The translations under genes and the position numbers were made by a program. A DNA stretch of 41,427 bases from a virus. The stretch's first letter is position 1, and every line of letters begins with the position of its first letter. The DNA is taken from the IMG/VR virus record IMGVR_UViG_3300037313_000496, positions 1 to 41,427 of that record; one strand, given 5' to 3'. The notes under the pieces are model-generated. The model did not search any database, had not been told where the DNA came from, and saw only the letters and a list, made by a program, of their open reading frames with translations. Below, in pieces: positions 7,844 to 15,243 of this stretch.

Positions 7844-8828
7844 GTCGGACCTCTAGCGTCGTTTGCGGAACGATTTTGACTTCCGGCAATGGGGCGCGCT
7901 GCAAAGCAATCGCGCGGGCTATGCCGTTCTCGAAATAGTTGATCCGCGACGGCGGCCCGTCGCGCTTCCGGGCAAGTTGCTCGCGGATAGACGCGGTTAT
8001 CGTGTCGTGATCCCAGCCGGCGTTAAGCCACTTTTGGACCGTACGATTGGCGTCGTAGTACCCGGGCTCAGGGTTTTGAGGGTCTTGGCCAATGATCCGA
8101 AGAAGGGAATCCGAGAAAGCAAGATCAGGAGGCGAACCCCGCGCGTGATCACCCTCACCCTCCTTCTGTCCTCTAGCTTCTAGCTTCTGTGGTTTACCCC
8201 CGTCGCCAATATAATTGGCAAGCGGGGTTATCCCCTTTCGACGATTACATGAACGGCAAAGAGCTTGGAGATTCTCAAGATCGTTTGTTCCGCCATGGGC
8301 AATTGGGATTATGTGGTCTATCGTAAAAGCATCAGGTGCATTGCCGCCCGCCCGCTGCATCTGGCAACCACACCCCTTGCAAAGCCCAGACGATGCAGCC
8401 CACACCGCCTCAACCTTAGTTGGGTTGTCCTTCCGTGATATGCGGCGGGACCGCGCTTCCTTTGCTACTGAACCGCCAATCAAGTCAGGCGAGCCGCCCT
8501 GCTTCCCATTGGAGCGGTCGGACTGTTCCTTCTCGTAATCACGAACCATCTTTCGGCTGTAGATCGTTCCATCGGCTGTGCGAGAGAACACGCCGCAGCT
8601 TTCAAGCTCTGCGATAGCGTTGACGGTCTCACGAAGAGGCGCACCGGACAGGGATGCGAGTTGCTTTTCGTTCACCGGCAGGCCGTTAACGAGTAGATGG
8701 CCGTAAGGCTCGGCACCGTGCATGATGGAAATCATTTCCATCCAAAGACCACGCGCCGCCAAGGAGCACATGCGCAACGCCGCGTCGCCACGCCAGTTAT
8801 GAGGATAGAACTTGAACCAGGGCTTCAC
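7704..8828 (-). CDS. DUF1376-like N-terminal domain fused to an HNH endonuclease domain
   Basis: N-terminus KPWFKFYPHNWRGDAALRMCSLAARGLWMEM resembles DUF1376. Central CKGCGC...IDHIIPIAHGGTNDLENLQALCRSCNRRK is an HNH motif. GTG start in a GTGA overlap. Confidence 0.6.
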   Translation of the reverse strand: MKPWFKFYPHNWRGDAALRMCSLAARGLWMEMISIMHGAEPYGHLLVNGLPVNEKQLASLSGAPLRETVNAIAELESCGVFSRTADGTIYSRKMVRDYEKEQSDRSNGKQGGSPDLIGGSVAKEARSRRISRKDNPTKVEAVWAASSGLCKGCGCQMQRAGGNAPDAFTIDHIIPIAHGGTNDLENLQALCRSCNRRKGITPLANYIGDGGKPQKLEARGQKEGEGDHARGSPPDLAFSDSLLRIIGQDPQNPEPGYYDANRTVQKWLNAGWDHDTITASIREQLARKRDGPPSRINYFENGIARAIALQRAPLPEVKIVPQTTLEVRRAAKTANTPTDGIRAVREQLLGQGSSGLCPGSGGTDVRLLPPGRGE

Positions 8829-9007
8829 TCATCCCCCAAGGCAGCCGCCGCTCTGGCGATTGTTAACGCCTCGTCATCAACTACTGTCGTCTTGCTCAAC
8901 CGCTCACTTACCGTGAGGTCGCGCTTACTCGGCGCGCTGAGTAGCGAAGCGGATAGTCCACCCCACTCCTTCATAGTCTCATCAGTGATATGAGAGAGAT
9001 CGGTCAT
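8825..9007 (-). CDS. Small hypothetical protein (60 aa), largely encoded by repeat copy F
   Basis: ATGA overlap with the rusA stop and GTGA overlap with the next gene suggest translational coupling. Confidence 0.4.
   Translation of the reverse strand: MTDLSHITDETMKEWGGLSASLLSAPSKRDLTVSERLSKTTVVDDEALTIARAAAALGDE
8900..8961 (+). repeat. Dispersed structured repeat, copy F
   Basis: Reads CCGCTCACTTACCGTGAGGTCGCGCTTACTCGGCGCGCTGAGTAGCGAAGCGGATAGTCCAC. Same 62-nt length as C, with conserved ends and a divergent core. Confidence 0.85.
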
Positions 9008-9354
9008 GCCGCCTCCTTCACAGTCACACGACAGGCGCCTATGCCCTTTGCCCAGCGAGACGTGACAGACGCCACGTATTTCATGGAGTCGTTCTTGAGG
9101 ACGCCGTGAGCGACCAGCAAATCCTCCACAAATTTTACACGGTTGGTAATGTCGGACTGTACCGAACACGCGCTTTCATCGACCTCAATCAGCAGGTCAA
9201 CGCGGCGGGTTAATGCGACTGGCTTCTGCCGGCGAAGCATCTGTCCTGCCTCCACCTTCCAGGCGTCAACCTCTTTTGTTTTTGTCCGACCACCCCATTG
9301 ATTATTGAAATAGCCATTGTTCGAGCTTGGCGGCACCGGAAGATCGTAGGTCAT
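9004..9354 (-). CDS. rusA: RusA-family Holliday junction resolvase
   Basis: 116 aa. PPSSNN near the N-terminus and a D..N..K...D.L..H.V..DD-type acidic motif, as recalled for RusA. Confidence 0.7.
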   Translation of the reverse strand: MTYDLPVPPSSNNGYFNNQWGGRTKTKEVDAWKVEAGQMLRRQKPVALTRRVDLLIEVDESACSVQSDITNRVKFVEDLLVAHGVLKNDSMKYVASVTSRWAKGIGACRVTVKEAA

Positions 9355-10184
9355 ACTGCGACCCCCGTAAGTTTCCTGCCCGGCAGAAATGCCGCCTCGC
9401 CAAGATCGGCTGCCTTCTCACGCGCGATCCGACACCACACCTCCGCTTCCTTAAGCGCCCCTGCCGTGTTCGCAACTTCCCGCATGAGCGGGACACATTT
9501 GCGGACGGCGTGAAGAACTGTTGTGTGATCGCGCCCCCCAAAGCGCCGTCCGATTTCCGGCAGAGAGTGGAGGGTTAGCGCCTTTGCAACCGCCATCGCG
9601 ATCTGGCGCGGGCGAACAACCTCGCGTGTGCGCCGTGCTGATAAAAGATCGTCGCGGGTAATACCGAACTCAAGTGCGATTTGCCGCTGCACGTCCGCAA
9701 TCGTCGGGCGGGACTCGCTGGTGAACATTTCCAATTCGAGATTCGCCAGAATCGCGGGCAGGCACTTGTTCACTGGGCAGCGACGAGTGACGGCGAGGTT
9801 CACAAGGATCGGATCAATAACCTTGAGGGCGGCGGTTACGGTTTCCCGCGTCACCTGGAACATGACAGCCACGTCTGGGAGCGTCGCAATTTCAAAGCGG
9901 ACGGACAGCGCTAGAACCAGCTTGCGGGCCTGCACCACCCGGTCAATCGGCGCGCCGTTGATAATCTCATCCCGCGAGACCTTCAGGTTTTCGGCCACGG
10001 CATTGATAATCCGCGCATAGGCAAAAAACGGATCAACAATGATGGGATTCGCGGGAACGATCGGAGCCGCTTCCACATTGACAATCCGCTGCGGCTGCGG
10101 GGCTAATTTCCGCAGACGGTCACGCGCGGCTTTCGTCCGCGCCATGATCGCGTGAATGTCCTCGTTGGATTCTTGCAAACTCAT
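9351..10184 (-). CDS. DnaA C-terminal (domain IV)-containing DNA-binding protein
   Basis: [40 protein letters not shown] matches the Bac_DnaA_C signature. A degenerate second copy lies upstream. No AAA+ module. Confidence 0.7.
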   Translation of the reverse strand: MSLQESNEDIHAIMARTKAARDRLRKLAPQPQRIVNVEAAPIVPANPIIVDPFFAYARIINAVAENLKVSRDEIINGAPIDRVVQARKLVLALSVRFEIATLPDVAVMFQVTRETVTAALKVIDPILVNLAVTRRCPVNKCLPAILANLELEMFTSESRPTIADVQRQIALEFGITRDDLLSARRTREVVRPRQIAMAVAKALTLHSLPEIGRRFGGRDHTTVLHAVRKCVPLMREVANTAGALKEAEVWCRIAREKAADLGEAAFLPGRKLTGVAV

Positions 10185-10214
10185 ACCATCCCCCGATGTT
10201 GTCGGTTTGTTCAG

Positions 10215-10754
10215 TTAGCCAGCAAGGTTCAACTTCTGAGCGCGAACCAAGTCGCTGAGCGTTAAGTAGTCGCAAGCGGAAACGTCTGACGTTTCGAGAT
10301 AAAATAGGGACTTGATTGTCCGGGGCGGGATGCCGCTCAGCCTTGCCACTCGGGCCAACTGATCAGCACGAGATTCGTGCGGCATGTGCGGAAGGCTGAG
10401 CCGCCAAATCATGTCTCGGCTTTCGTCCCGCAGTCGATCATTGAGAGCATCCCGTGCCGAATAGGCGGTCATGCCCACTTCGAGAGAAGGAAACTCGACT
10501 TTCCCCGACTGGAGACCCGCAATGAAATCAAGGATTTCTTGCGCCGGTGAGAACCACTCCCCGGTTAAGCGATAACGAGAGAAACGGAGATGCAGCGCAC
10601 GTTCTGTCTTCTTCCATCCCGGAATGTGGTGGAGCAGGTACAGGTGGGCATCGCTGCCGGTCTGCAAGATAGCGAGACGACTCTGCGGCTTCCGCGCGGT
10701 GCCAATCTTAATTGGACCGTTTTCATCCCGCTGGATAAAGTAGACCGATCTCAT
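10215..10754 (-). CDS. T5orf172/MUG113 (GIY-YIG superfamily-like) domain protein
   Basis: VYFIQ..NGPIKIGTA....RLAILQTG........E..LH..F...R..GEWF pattern. Confidence 0.6.
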   Translation of the reverse strand: MRSVYFIQRDENGPIKIGTARKPQSRLAILQTGSDAHLYLLHHIPGWKKTERALHLRFSRYRLTGEWFSPAQEILDFIAGLQSGKVEFPSLEVGMTAYSARDALNDRLRDESRDMIWRLSLPHMPHESRADQLARVARLSGIPPRTIKSLFYLETSDVSACDYLTLSDLVRAQKLNLAG

Positions 10755-11158
10755 CGCGAGCCGCCCCCACTCAGGAGCGACGAGGCCCGCGAAAGATGCG
10801 TCTCAATCTCGCTAATTTGCTCAGAAGCAAGGTGAGCGCCGCCTTGCCGAGCGATTTCCAGCTCATGCGTTAATCTCGCTATTTCGGATTCAAGCTCACG
10901 CACTAACAACGCCTGAAGCCGCCCCCGGATCGTGTCGTCAATCCGCTTGACTCGCCCCCGAATTAAATTCTCGACAGTCCCAAGCCCAACCTGGAGCTTG
11001 CGGGCCAGTGTTTCACGCGCCGATTGACTGGAAACACCCCGCAGGCGTTCCCGGCGTTCTAGCGTCTGAGCGATCGATATTGCACTTGTCATCGCTGGCT
11101 TCTTTGTCCCGAAATCTGGCGACATTCTCCGCACTCCCTTCGCTATGGTTTGATCCAT
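10751..11158 (-). CDS. Putative HTH DNA-binding protein with C-terminal coiled coil (start 11158 or 11125)
   Basis: SARETLARKLQVGLGTVENLIRGR is HTH-like, followed by a heptad-like helix. GGAG lies upstream of the 11125 ATG. Confidence 0.45.
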   Translation of the reverse strand: MDQTIAKGVRRMSPDFGTKKPAMTSAISIAQTLERRERLRGVSSQSARETLARKLQVGLGTVENLIRGRVKRIDDTIRGRLQALLVRELESEIARLTHELEIARQGGAHLASEQISEIETHLSRASSLLSGGGSR

Positions 11159-11177
11159 GACGAAGGCACTCACAGTC

Positions 11178-11348
11178 TCACCGCAGTTGATGGCCTCGCG
11201 TGTGGTCCAGTCGCTCTTGCAGGAGCGCAGGACCAAGCCTGTTACCGTTTGCGTCGTATTGAATTTTGAACGAAGGACTGAGACGCGCGACCAACATCAG
11301 CGCGATCAACAATGCAGCGACAAGGATCGCACGTCCTTCAACCGTCAT
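11178..11348 (-). CDS. Small single-TM protein (56 aa; below ORF-track cutoff)
   Basis: GAGGGGGA RBS, then MTVEGRAILVAALLIALMLVARLS... Confidence 0.35.
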   Translation of the reverse strand: MTVEGRAILVAALLIALMLVARLSPSFKIQYDANGNRLGPALLQERLDHTRGHQLR

Positions 11349-11575
11349 GACGCGATCCCCCTCGCGTTATGAAAAGGCGCGCGGACGCGGCAACGAGTCT
11401 GAAGTACCGCACTCCGCGCGCCAGTCTTCCGATGCAGGAGGGAGGTGGAGGGCCTTGCACCGGGAAGGAAGTTCAAAACAGCAAGCGGGATTCCCGCACG
11501 CTCACCGCAATTTGAAGATGGAACATGCAACCGACGCGCGTTTATACTTCCTTCATATTGGTGAAGGAGCGCGTC

Positions 11576-11857
11576 ATGGGTTCCATCGCAAAGAAGGACG
11601 GCCCGCCCCTGTGCGAACCCGTCCATATTCCGACCGTGTATTGCTGCGGTATCGAACCGCCGACCAGACTTCCGGGAAATCTGTTCCTGTTTCTGTATTG
11701 GGAAGAACGCGACGGGCCGAACGGCCGGGAGCGCGTGATTGTCGATCGACAGATTTGGCCGATCAGTCGATTGGCGCAGGCGATCAGAGTGACCAGCCTT
11801 GCCCTCGCGGATATTCCGCTTGTCGCGGAAGACGATCGGGTGATGGTGATGAACTGA
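11576..11857 (+). CDS. Hypothetical protein (93 aa), counter-oriented next to the switch
   Basis: Perfect AAGGAG 7 nt before the ATG (MGSIAKKDGPP...). Protein-like composition, unlike the overlapping long ORFs. Confidence 0.55.
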   Translation: MGSIAKKDGPPLCEPVHIPTVYCCGIEPPTRLPGNLFLFLYWEERDGPNGRERVIVDRQIWPISRLAQAIRVTSLALADIPLVAEDDRVMVMN

Positions 11858-11862
11858 GGCCG

Positions 11863-12081
11863 TCATTCTTCGGCCCCGCGCTTCAAATCAAATTTCAGGA
11901 TGGTGGCGGGATCAATGCCCGTCACTTCCTCGACTTTCGGCAGAAGGGTCTTTCGAACGGACCTTGTGCCGGATTCCCAGCGGCCGACCGTCACCTCCGA
12001 CACGTCAAGCTCTTTGCCGAGAGCCTTGCGCGTCAAACCCTTGGATTCGCGATAAAGCCGTAAGGGGTGCTTGCCAACCAT
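11863..12081 (-). CDS. XRE-family HTH regulator (72 aa), Cro-like by position
   Basis: GLTRKALGKELDVSEVTVGRWESG is HTH_3-like. First gene of the minus-strand operon. The promoter -10 lies 6 nt from the ATG. Confidence 0.7.
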   Translation of the reverse strand: MVGKHPLRLYRESKGLTRKALGKELDVSEVTVGRWESGTRSVRKTLLPKVEEVTGIDPATILKFDLKRGAEE

Positions 12082-12146
12082 ACACCGTATCTAAACCAAA
12101 ACGGTAGGCTCGTCAATAGGGCCTCTTACCGATTTGGCGCGGTGAC
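12082..12146. promoter_or_regulatory. Divergent switch region with a sigma70-like promoter and two operator-like 13-mers
   Basis: Minus strand: TTGACG (12116-12111), 17 nt, TAGATA (12093-12088). CCTACCGTTTTGG lies at 12108-12096 (reverse orientation) and CTTACCGATTTGG at 12125-12137. Confidence 0.6.
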
Positions 12147-12491
12147 ATGTACCGAGATGGTTGGCAGGTTATCCACATGGTTACGCGAATTGGCCCACGG
12201 CGCCCGAGACGGACTTACATTGCCGAATGGCGCGAGAGCCGGGGTTTGACCCAAATAGAGCTGGCGGCCCGTCTGGAGACCACAGACGTGACGATCTCGC
12301 GCTGGGAGACCGGCAAGCGGCAACCGGATATAAACGCGCTGGCGGCCATCGCTGAGGCTCTGGACGTGGATTTAACGGACCTCTACCGGCACCCGGACCA
12401 GCCCAGCGCAGACGCACTGCTGCGGGACCAGCCGCAGGACGTGCGGGAACAAGCGATTAAGCTGATAAAGGCTATTCGGAAGGCCGTTTAG
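12147..12491 (+). CDS. XRE-family HTH regulator (104-114 aa), CI-like by position; no S24 peptidase domain
   Basis: GLTQIELAARLETTDVTISRWETG is HTH_3-like. Alternative start at 12177. Divergent from the Cro-like gene. Confidence 0.7.
   Translation: MYRDGWQVIHMVTRIGPRRPRRTYIAEWRESRGLTQIELAARLETTDVTISRWETGKRQPDINALAAIAEALDVDLTDLYRHPDQPSADALLRDQPQDVREQAIKLIKAIRKAV
12169..12177 (+). promoter_or_regulatory. Perfect DnaA-box 9-mer TTATCCACA overlapping the candidate ATG at 12177
   Basis: Exact match to the canonical E. coli-type DnaA box. About 0.3 exact matches are expected by chance in this window. Confidence 0.3.
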
Positions 12492-12693
12492 GACCGCGCC
12501 AGGCTTGGACAGCCAAGTAAATCTGCCGGTACCATTGATATATTAGGTACAGTAGGAAAACCGCGACCCCGAGGCACGCCCCTATAGCGAAAATGGCGGT
12601 GAACGGGATCGGGTAGTGCCAAATGGCGATTCCGAGGTCGCCGAGGCCCCGGAAGAAAGCCCGCACATACTCGGAAATTTCTGCCAGCGACAT
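12472..12693 (-). CDS. Membrane protein (73 aa; start trimmed to MSLAEISEY) inside the immunity region
   Basis: Two hydrophobic helices (IPFTAIFAIGACLGVAVFLLYLIY). Convergent with the CI-like gene, overlapping it by 20 nt. Confidence 0.5.
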   Translation of the reverse strand: MSLAEISEYVRAFFRGLGDLGIAIWHYPIPFTAIFAIGACLGVAVFLLYLIYQWYRQIYLAVQAWRGPKRPSE

Positions 12694-12770
12694 AACCAGC
12701 CCTCGCCCCTGGCGCACCCTACCGAAAATCCCCCGACCACAACACGTTGATTCTCCACGACTTTATTCTT

Positions 12771-12835
12771 ATTACCATTTTGGATAAGTTTTTTCTGTCT
12801 GCCCTATTGCAATCCTACCGTTTTGGTATAGTCTC
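12771..12835. promoter_or_regulatory. Early-operon promoter/operator region (OL-like)
   Basis: TTGCAA (12808-12813), 16 nt, TAGTCT (12830-12835). The spacer holds CCTACCGTTTTGG (12815-12827). A variant ATTACCATTTTGG lies at 12771-12783. AT-rich. Confidence 0.55.
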
Positions 12836-12876
12836 TCTCCATCGCATCGGGCATAGCCCCGGCAGGGAGAGAGAAT

Positions 12877-13239
12877 ATGAAGGAAGATTTGGGGACAACC
12901 ACCTCCTCCATTCTCAGCAATCAGCCGACTGGTGATCTGAGAGTTGAGAACGTTGAAGATTACGTTCGCGAGGCCATTGACCTTTTCCTTCGCGATCCCG
13001 CCGACAGCGATTTCCAGCGCGGCTACTTCTGCGCGCTCGTCAACGTCGCACTTGAGGGTCTCGAATTACCGATTGAGGGCAATCTTGACGTTGCCCATCA
13101 GCAGACATTGCGGATGGCAGTCACGCCGAGTGAAACCGGCCTGACGCCGCAGCAGCTTCGCGAGCAGCGGGACGAGTTGCTGGCGGCGGCCAAACTCGCG
13201 CTGACTGTGATGGCGGCAACGCAGCGGGGCCGGTCATGA
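12877..13239 (+). CDS. Hypothetical early protein (120 aa)
   Basis: GGGAGAGAGAAT then ATG. First gene of the plus-strand early operon. Confidence 0.55.
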   Translation: MKEDLGTTTSSILSNQPTGDLRVENVEDYVREAIDLFLRDPADSDFQRGYFCALVNVALEGLELPIEGNLDVAHQQTLRMAVTPSETGLTPQQLREQRDELLAAAKLALTVMAATQRGRS

Positions 13240-13679
13240 CCCGCGAACAGAAAATCCAATTCGATGACCTGATGGCAACCGCCGTCACCGCGCTCAATCA
13301 GGCGGTCGCCCTCGCTGGCATTCACTCTCTGCCCGGTCAACACGCCCTCGCCTGCGCCAACCTCGCAAAGATCAAGATGCATTGCATCGGATCATATGCG
13401 GATGGCGATGATTTACGCGCTCTGCATGGAAACGTGACCGACCTGTGCCGCGCCATTGATCCTCTCATGGAGATGATTGGTGAGGAAGCGGCGGACAACG
13501 CTACCCGCCATTTCGACCGCGAGGTTTTCAAGGACGTGATGTTCAACGCTGTCGATGGCATGGCGCTCTATGAACTTCGCAACGCTGCCGAGAATGCAGA
13601 TGAAGATGCAGCGGAGAACGAAGAGAACGACCGCGCTGACGATTATTACAAGCTCAACCGCGAAATGATGGGGGCCTAA
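13236..13679 (+). CDS. Hypothetical acidic early protein (147 aa)
   Basis: ATGA overlap with the upstream gene. Acidic C-terminal tail [20 protein letters not shown]. Confidence 0.55.
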   Translation: MTREQKIQFDDLMATAVTALNQAVALAGIHSLPGQHALACANLAKIKMHCIGSYADGDDLRALHGNVTDLCRAIDPLMEMIGEEAADNATRHFDREVFKDVMFNAVDGMALYELRNAAENADEDAAENEENDRADDYYKLNREMMGA

Positions 13680-13681
13680 TC

Positions 13682-14356
13682 GTGGGAATCAAATTCGACG
13701 TTCTCAATCGCTTCTCCGGTGCCGTCCAGTTCACGGCAGAAATCGAGTGCGACGAAAACGAGGCGACCAGCGTAAAGCTCGGGCTGGCGGTGAAGTGGGC
13801 CGTTAAAGCGCGTGCCGACCTCGCGGGTGCCAACCTCGCGGGTGCCTACCTCGCGGGTGCCGACCTCGCGGGTGCCTACCTCGCGGGTGCCAACCTCGCG
13901 GGTGCCAACCTCGCGGGTGCCAACCTCGCGGGTGCCTACCTCGCGGGTGCCTACCTCGCGGGTGCCAACCTCGCGCGTGCCAACCTCGCGGATGCCAACC
14001 TCGCGGGTGCCAACCTCGCGGGTGCCAAGGGCGCAGAACTTGCCATTGCCAAGACGCGCATCCTTCCTGACGGCGATCTGATTGGCTGGAAGAAATGCCA
14101 CAACAACGTCCTGGTTAAGCTTCGCATCCCAGCTGACGCCAAGCGTTCCAGCGCATTTGGCCGGAAATGCCGCGCAGAATTTGCGGACGTGCTGGAAGTG
14201 ATCGGCGCCACCGAGGGAATTTCGCAGCACGACAGCGAAACAAAATACATAGCAGGTCAGCGCGTCACGCCCGACAAGTTTGACGACAACTGGCACGAGG
14301 AATGCTCGTCCGGCATTCACTTCTTCATTACGCGCCTTGAAGCCGAGAATTATTGA
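13682..14356 (+). CDS. Pentapeptide-repeat protein with a C-terminal globular domain
   Basis: GTG start. About 15 consecutive A(N/D/Y)LAG pentapeptides, then a ~110-aa domain ending [16 protein letters not shown]. Confidence 0.8.
   Translation: MGIKFDVLNRFSGAVQFTAEIECDENEATSVKLGLAVKWAVKARADLAGANLAGAYLAGADLAGAYLAGANLAGANLAGANLAGAYLAGAYLAGANLARANLADANLAGANLAGAKGAELAIAKTRILPDGDLIGWKKCHNNVLVKLRIPADAKRSSAFGRKCRAEFADVLEVIGATEGISQHDSETKYIAGQRVTPDKFDDNWHEECSSGIHFFITRLEAENY
13814..14023 (+). repeat. 14 tandem 15-bp units GCC[A/G/T]ACCTCGCGGGT (coding, in frame)
   Basis: Counted directly. Units differ almost only at the 4th base; units 11 and 12 carry one extra substitution each. Confidence 0.95.
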
Positions 14357-14364
14357 GGCTGGTC

Positions 14365-14463
14365 ATGAATGCGATAACACGCATGATCGATCTATTCGGC
14401 CTCGTCACTCTAATTCTAGTCGTCTATGGCGGGGTGATGCTGCTGGAGGTCGTCACGAAATGA
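14365..14463 (+). CDS. Possible 32-aa TM peptide
   Basis: GAGG RBS, MNAITRMIDLFGLVTLILVVYGGVMLLEVVTK, ATGA overlap with the next gene. Very short, so tentative. Confidence 0.3.
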   Translation: MNAITRMIDLFGLVTLILVVYGGVMLLEVVTK

Positions 14464-14618
14464 CCCGCCTTGAACAAATCCAGGAAAGCAAGCGGCGGCT
14501 TCTCAGGCTCCAACGTGAACGCCGATGGAAAGACTACACCGTCGAGCAGATCAAGTTGAAGAACATGATCAATCGGCAGCTGCGGTTTGAAATCAAGATG
14601 GATCGGAGAGCATCATGA
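14460..14618 (+). CDS. Hypothetical basic helical protein (52 aa)
   Basis: Trimmed to MTRLEQIQ. ATGA overlaps at both ends. Confidence 0.4.
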   Translation: MTRLEQIQESKRRLLRLQRERRWKDYTVEQIKLKNMINRQLRFEIKMDRRAS

Positions 14619-14965
14619 AGGATATGGGACAATCCGCTCGCGAAACGCTCGCTCCTCAGATCAACGAGCCTCATCAGCCAGCGGTTAGCAACAGCGAGCA
14701 AGGTGCGTTTACGCCGGGGCCATGGCGTCTGCATTCAAACCTTACTGACCGTATTTGCTCGGGTCCGATTGGACCGGAAGCTATCGATATTGCTGATTGC
14801 TCGGCCGTCCGGCGTCCCGCATCTTCGGGCGAACTATCCGCCAACGCCCGCCTGATCGCCGCCGCTCCCGATTTGCTTGCTGCCTGCAAGGATTGTCTTG
14901 GAAACCGGGGTGACTGGCTAGATGTCATGGGCGCCGCGATCCGCCGCGCGGAGGGCCAATCATGA
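14615..14965 (+). CDS. Hypothetical protein (116 aa) with TPGPW...ANARLIAAAPDLLAA motif
   Basis: Motif recalled from many phage hypothetical proteins. The N-terminal ~30 codons are encoded by repeat copy A. Confidence 0.55.
   Translation: MKDMGQSARETLAPQINEPHQPAVSNSEQGAFTPGPWRLHSNLTDRICSGPIGPEAIDIADCSAVRRPASSGELSANARLIAAAPDLLAACKDCLGNRGDWLDVMGAAIRRAEGQS
14627..14704 (-). repeat. Dispersed structured repeat, long form, copy A
   Basis: Plus strand reads GGACAATCCGCTCGCGAAACGCTCGCTCCTCAGATCAACGAGCCTCATCAGCCAGCGGTTAGCAACAGCGAGCAAGGT. Shares identical blocks of 15, 11, 11 and 10 nt with copy B. Confidence 0.8.
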
Positions 14966-15243
14966 TCCGCTCTGAATCCTTGAAGCAATGGGATGGGACA
15001 GTCGCGCCCAACCTCTCGGCCATCCGAGGCCGGTGCGAGTGGCTGGCCTATTACTCGCGCGATCTCGTCTCGCTAGTCGCACACCTGCCGGTGCGCCCCG
15101 CATGGGAAACGCAAGCACGCGATGATTTAGACACGGCGGAGCGTGAACTGACGATTGCGCTCGCGAAGGTCAAAGAAGCACAGCGCCAGTACGACAACCT
15201 GCCGCGAATGATGGATGCCCCAGCCTTAGAGGCTGCGGAATGA
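14962..15243 (+). CDS. Hypothetical protein (93 aa)
   Basis: ATGA overlap coupling; protein-like composition. Confidence 0.5.
   Translation: MIRSESLKQWDGTVAPNLSAIRGRCEWLAYYSRDLVSLVAHLPVRPAWETQARDDLDTAERELTIALAKVKEAQRQYDNLPRMMDAPALEAAE

Noticed and set aside
11266-12063. 265-aa plus-strand ORF and 173-aa minus-strand ORF (11345-11866) near the switch
   Set aside because: Arg/Ser/Gly-rich composition with no RBS. The region is better explained by the 93-aa gene with a perfect SD (11576-11857), a 56-aa TM ORF and the Cro-like gene.
13814-14023. Regular short repeats that could be mistaken for a CRISPR array
   Set aside because: The units are contiguous 15-mers with no spacers and are in frame within a pentapeptide-repeat ORF. 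The PTSRV and REVGT repeat ORFs (13812-14081 +, 13676-14320 -, 13951-14250 -) are frame artefacts of the same tract.
13814-14023. Diversity-generating retroelement idea, because variation is confined to the first A of AAC codons
   Set aside because: No reverse transcriptase, template repeat or accessory gene exists anywhere in the genome. Variation among tandem units is more simply explained by slippage or gene conversion.
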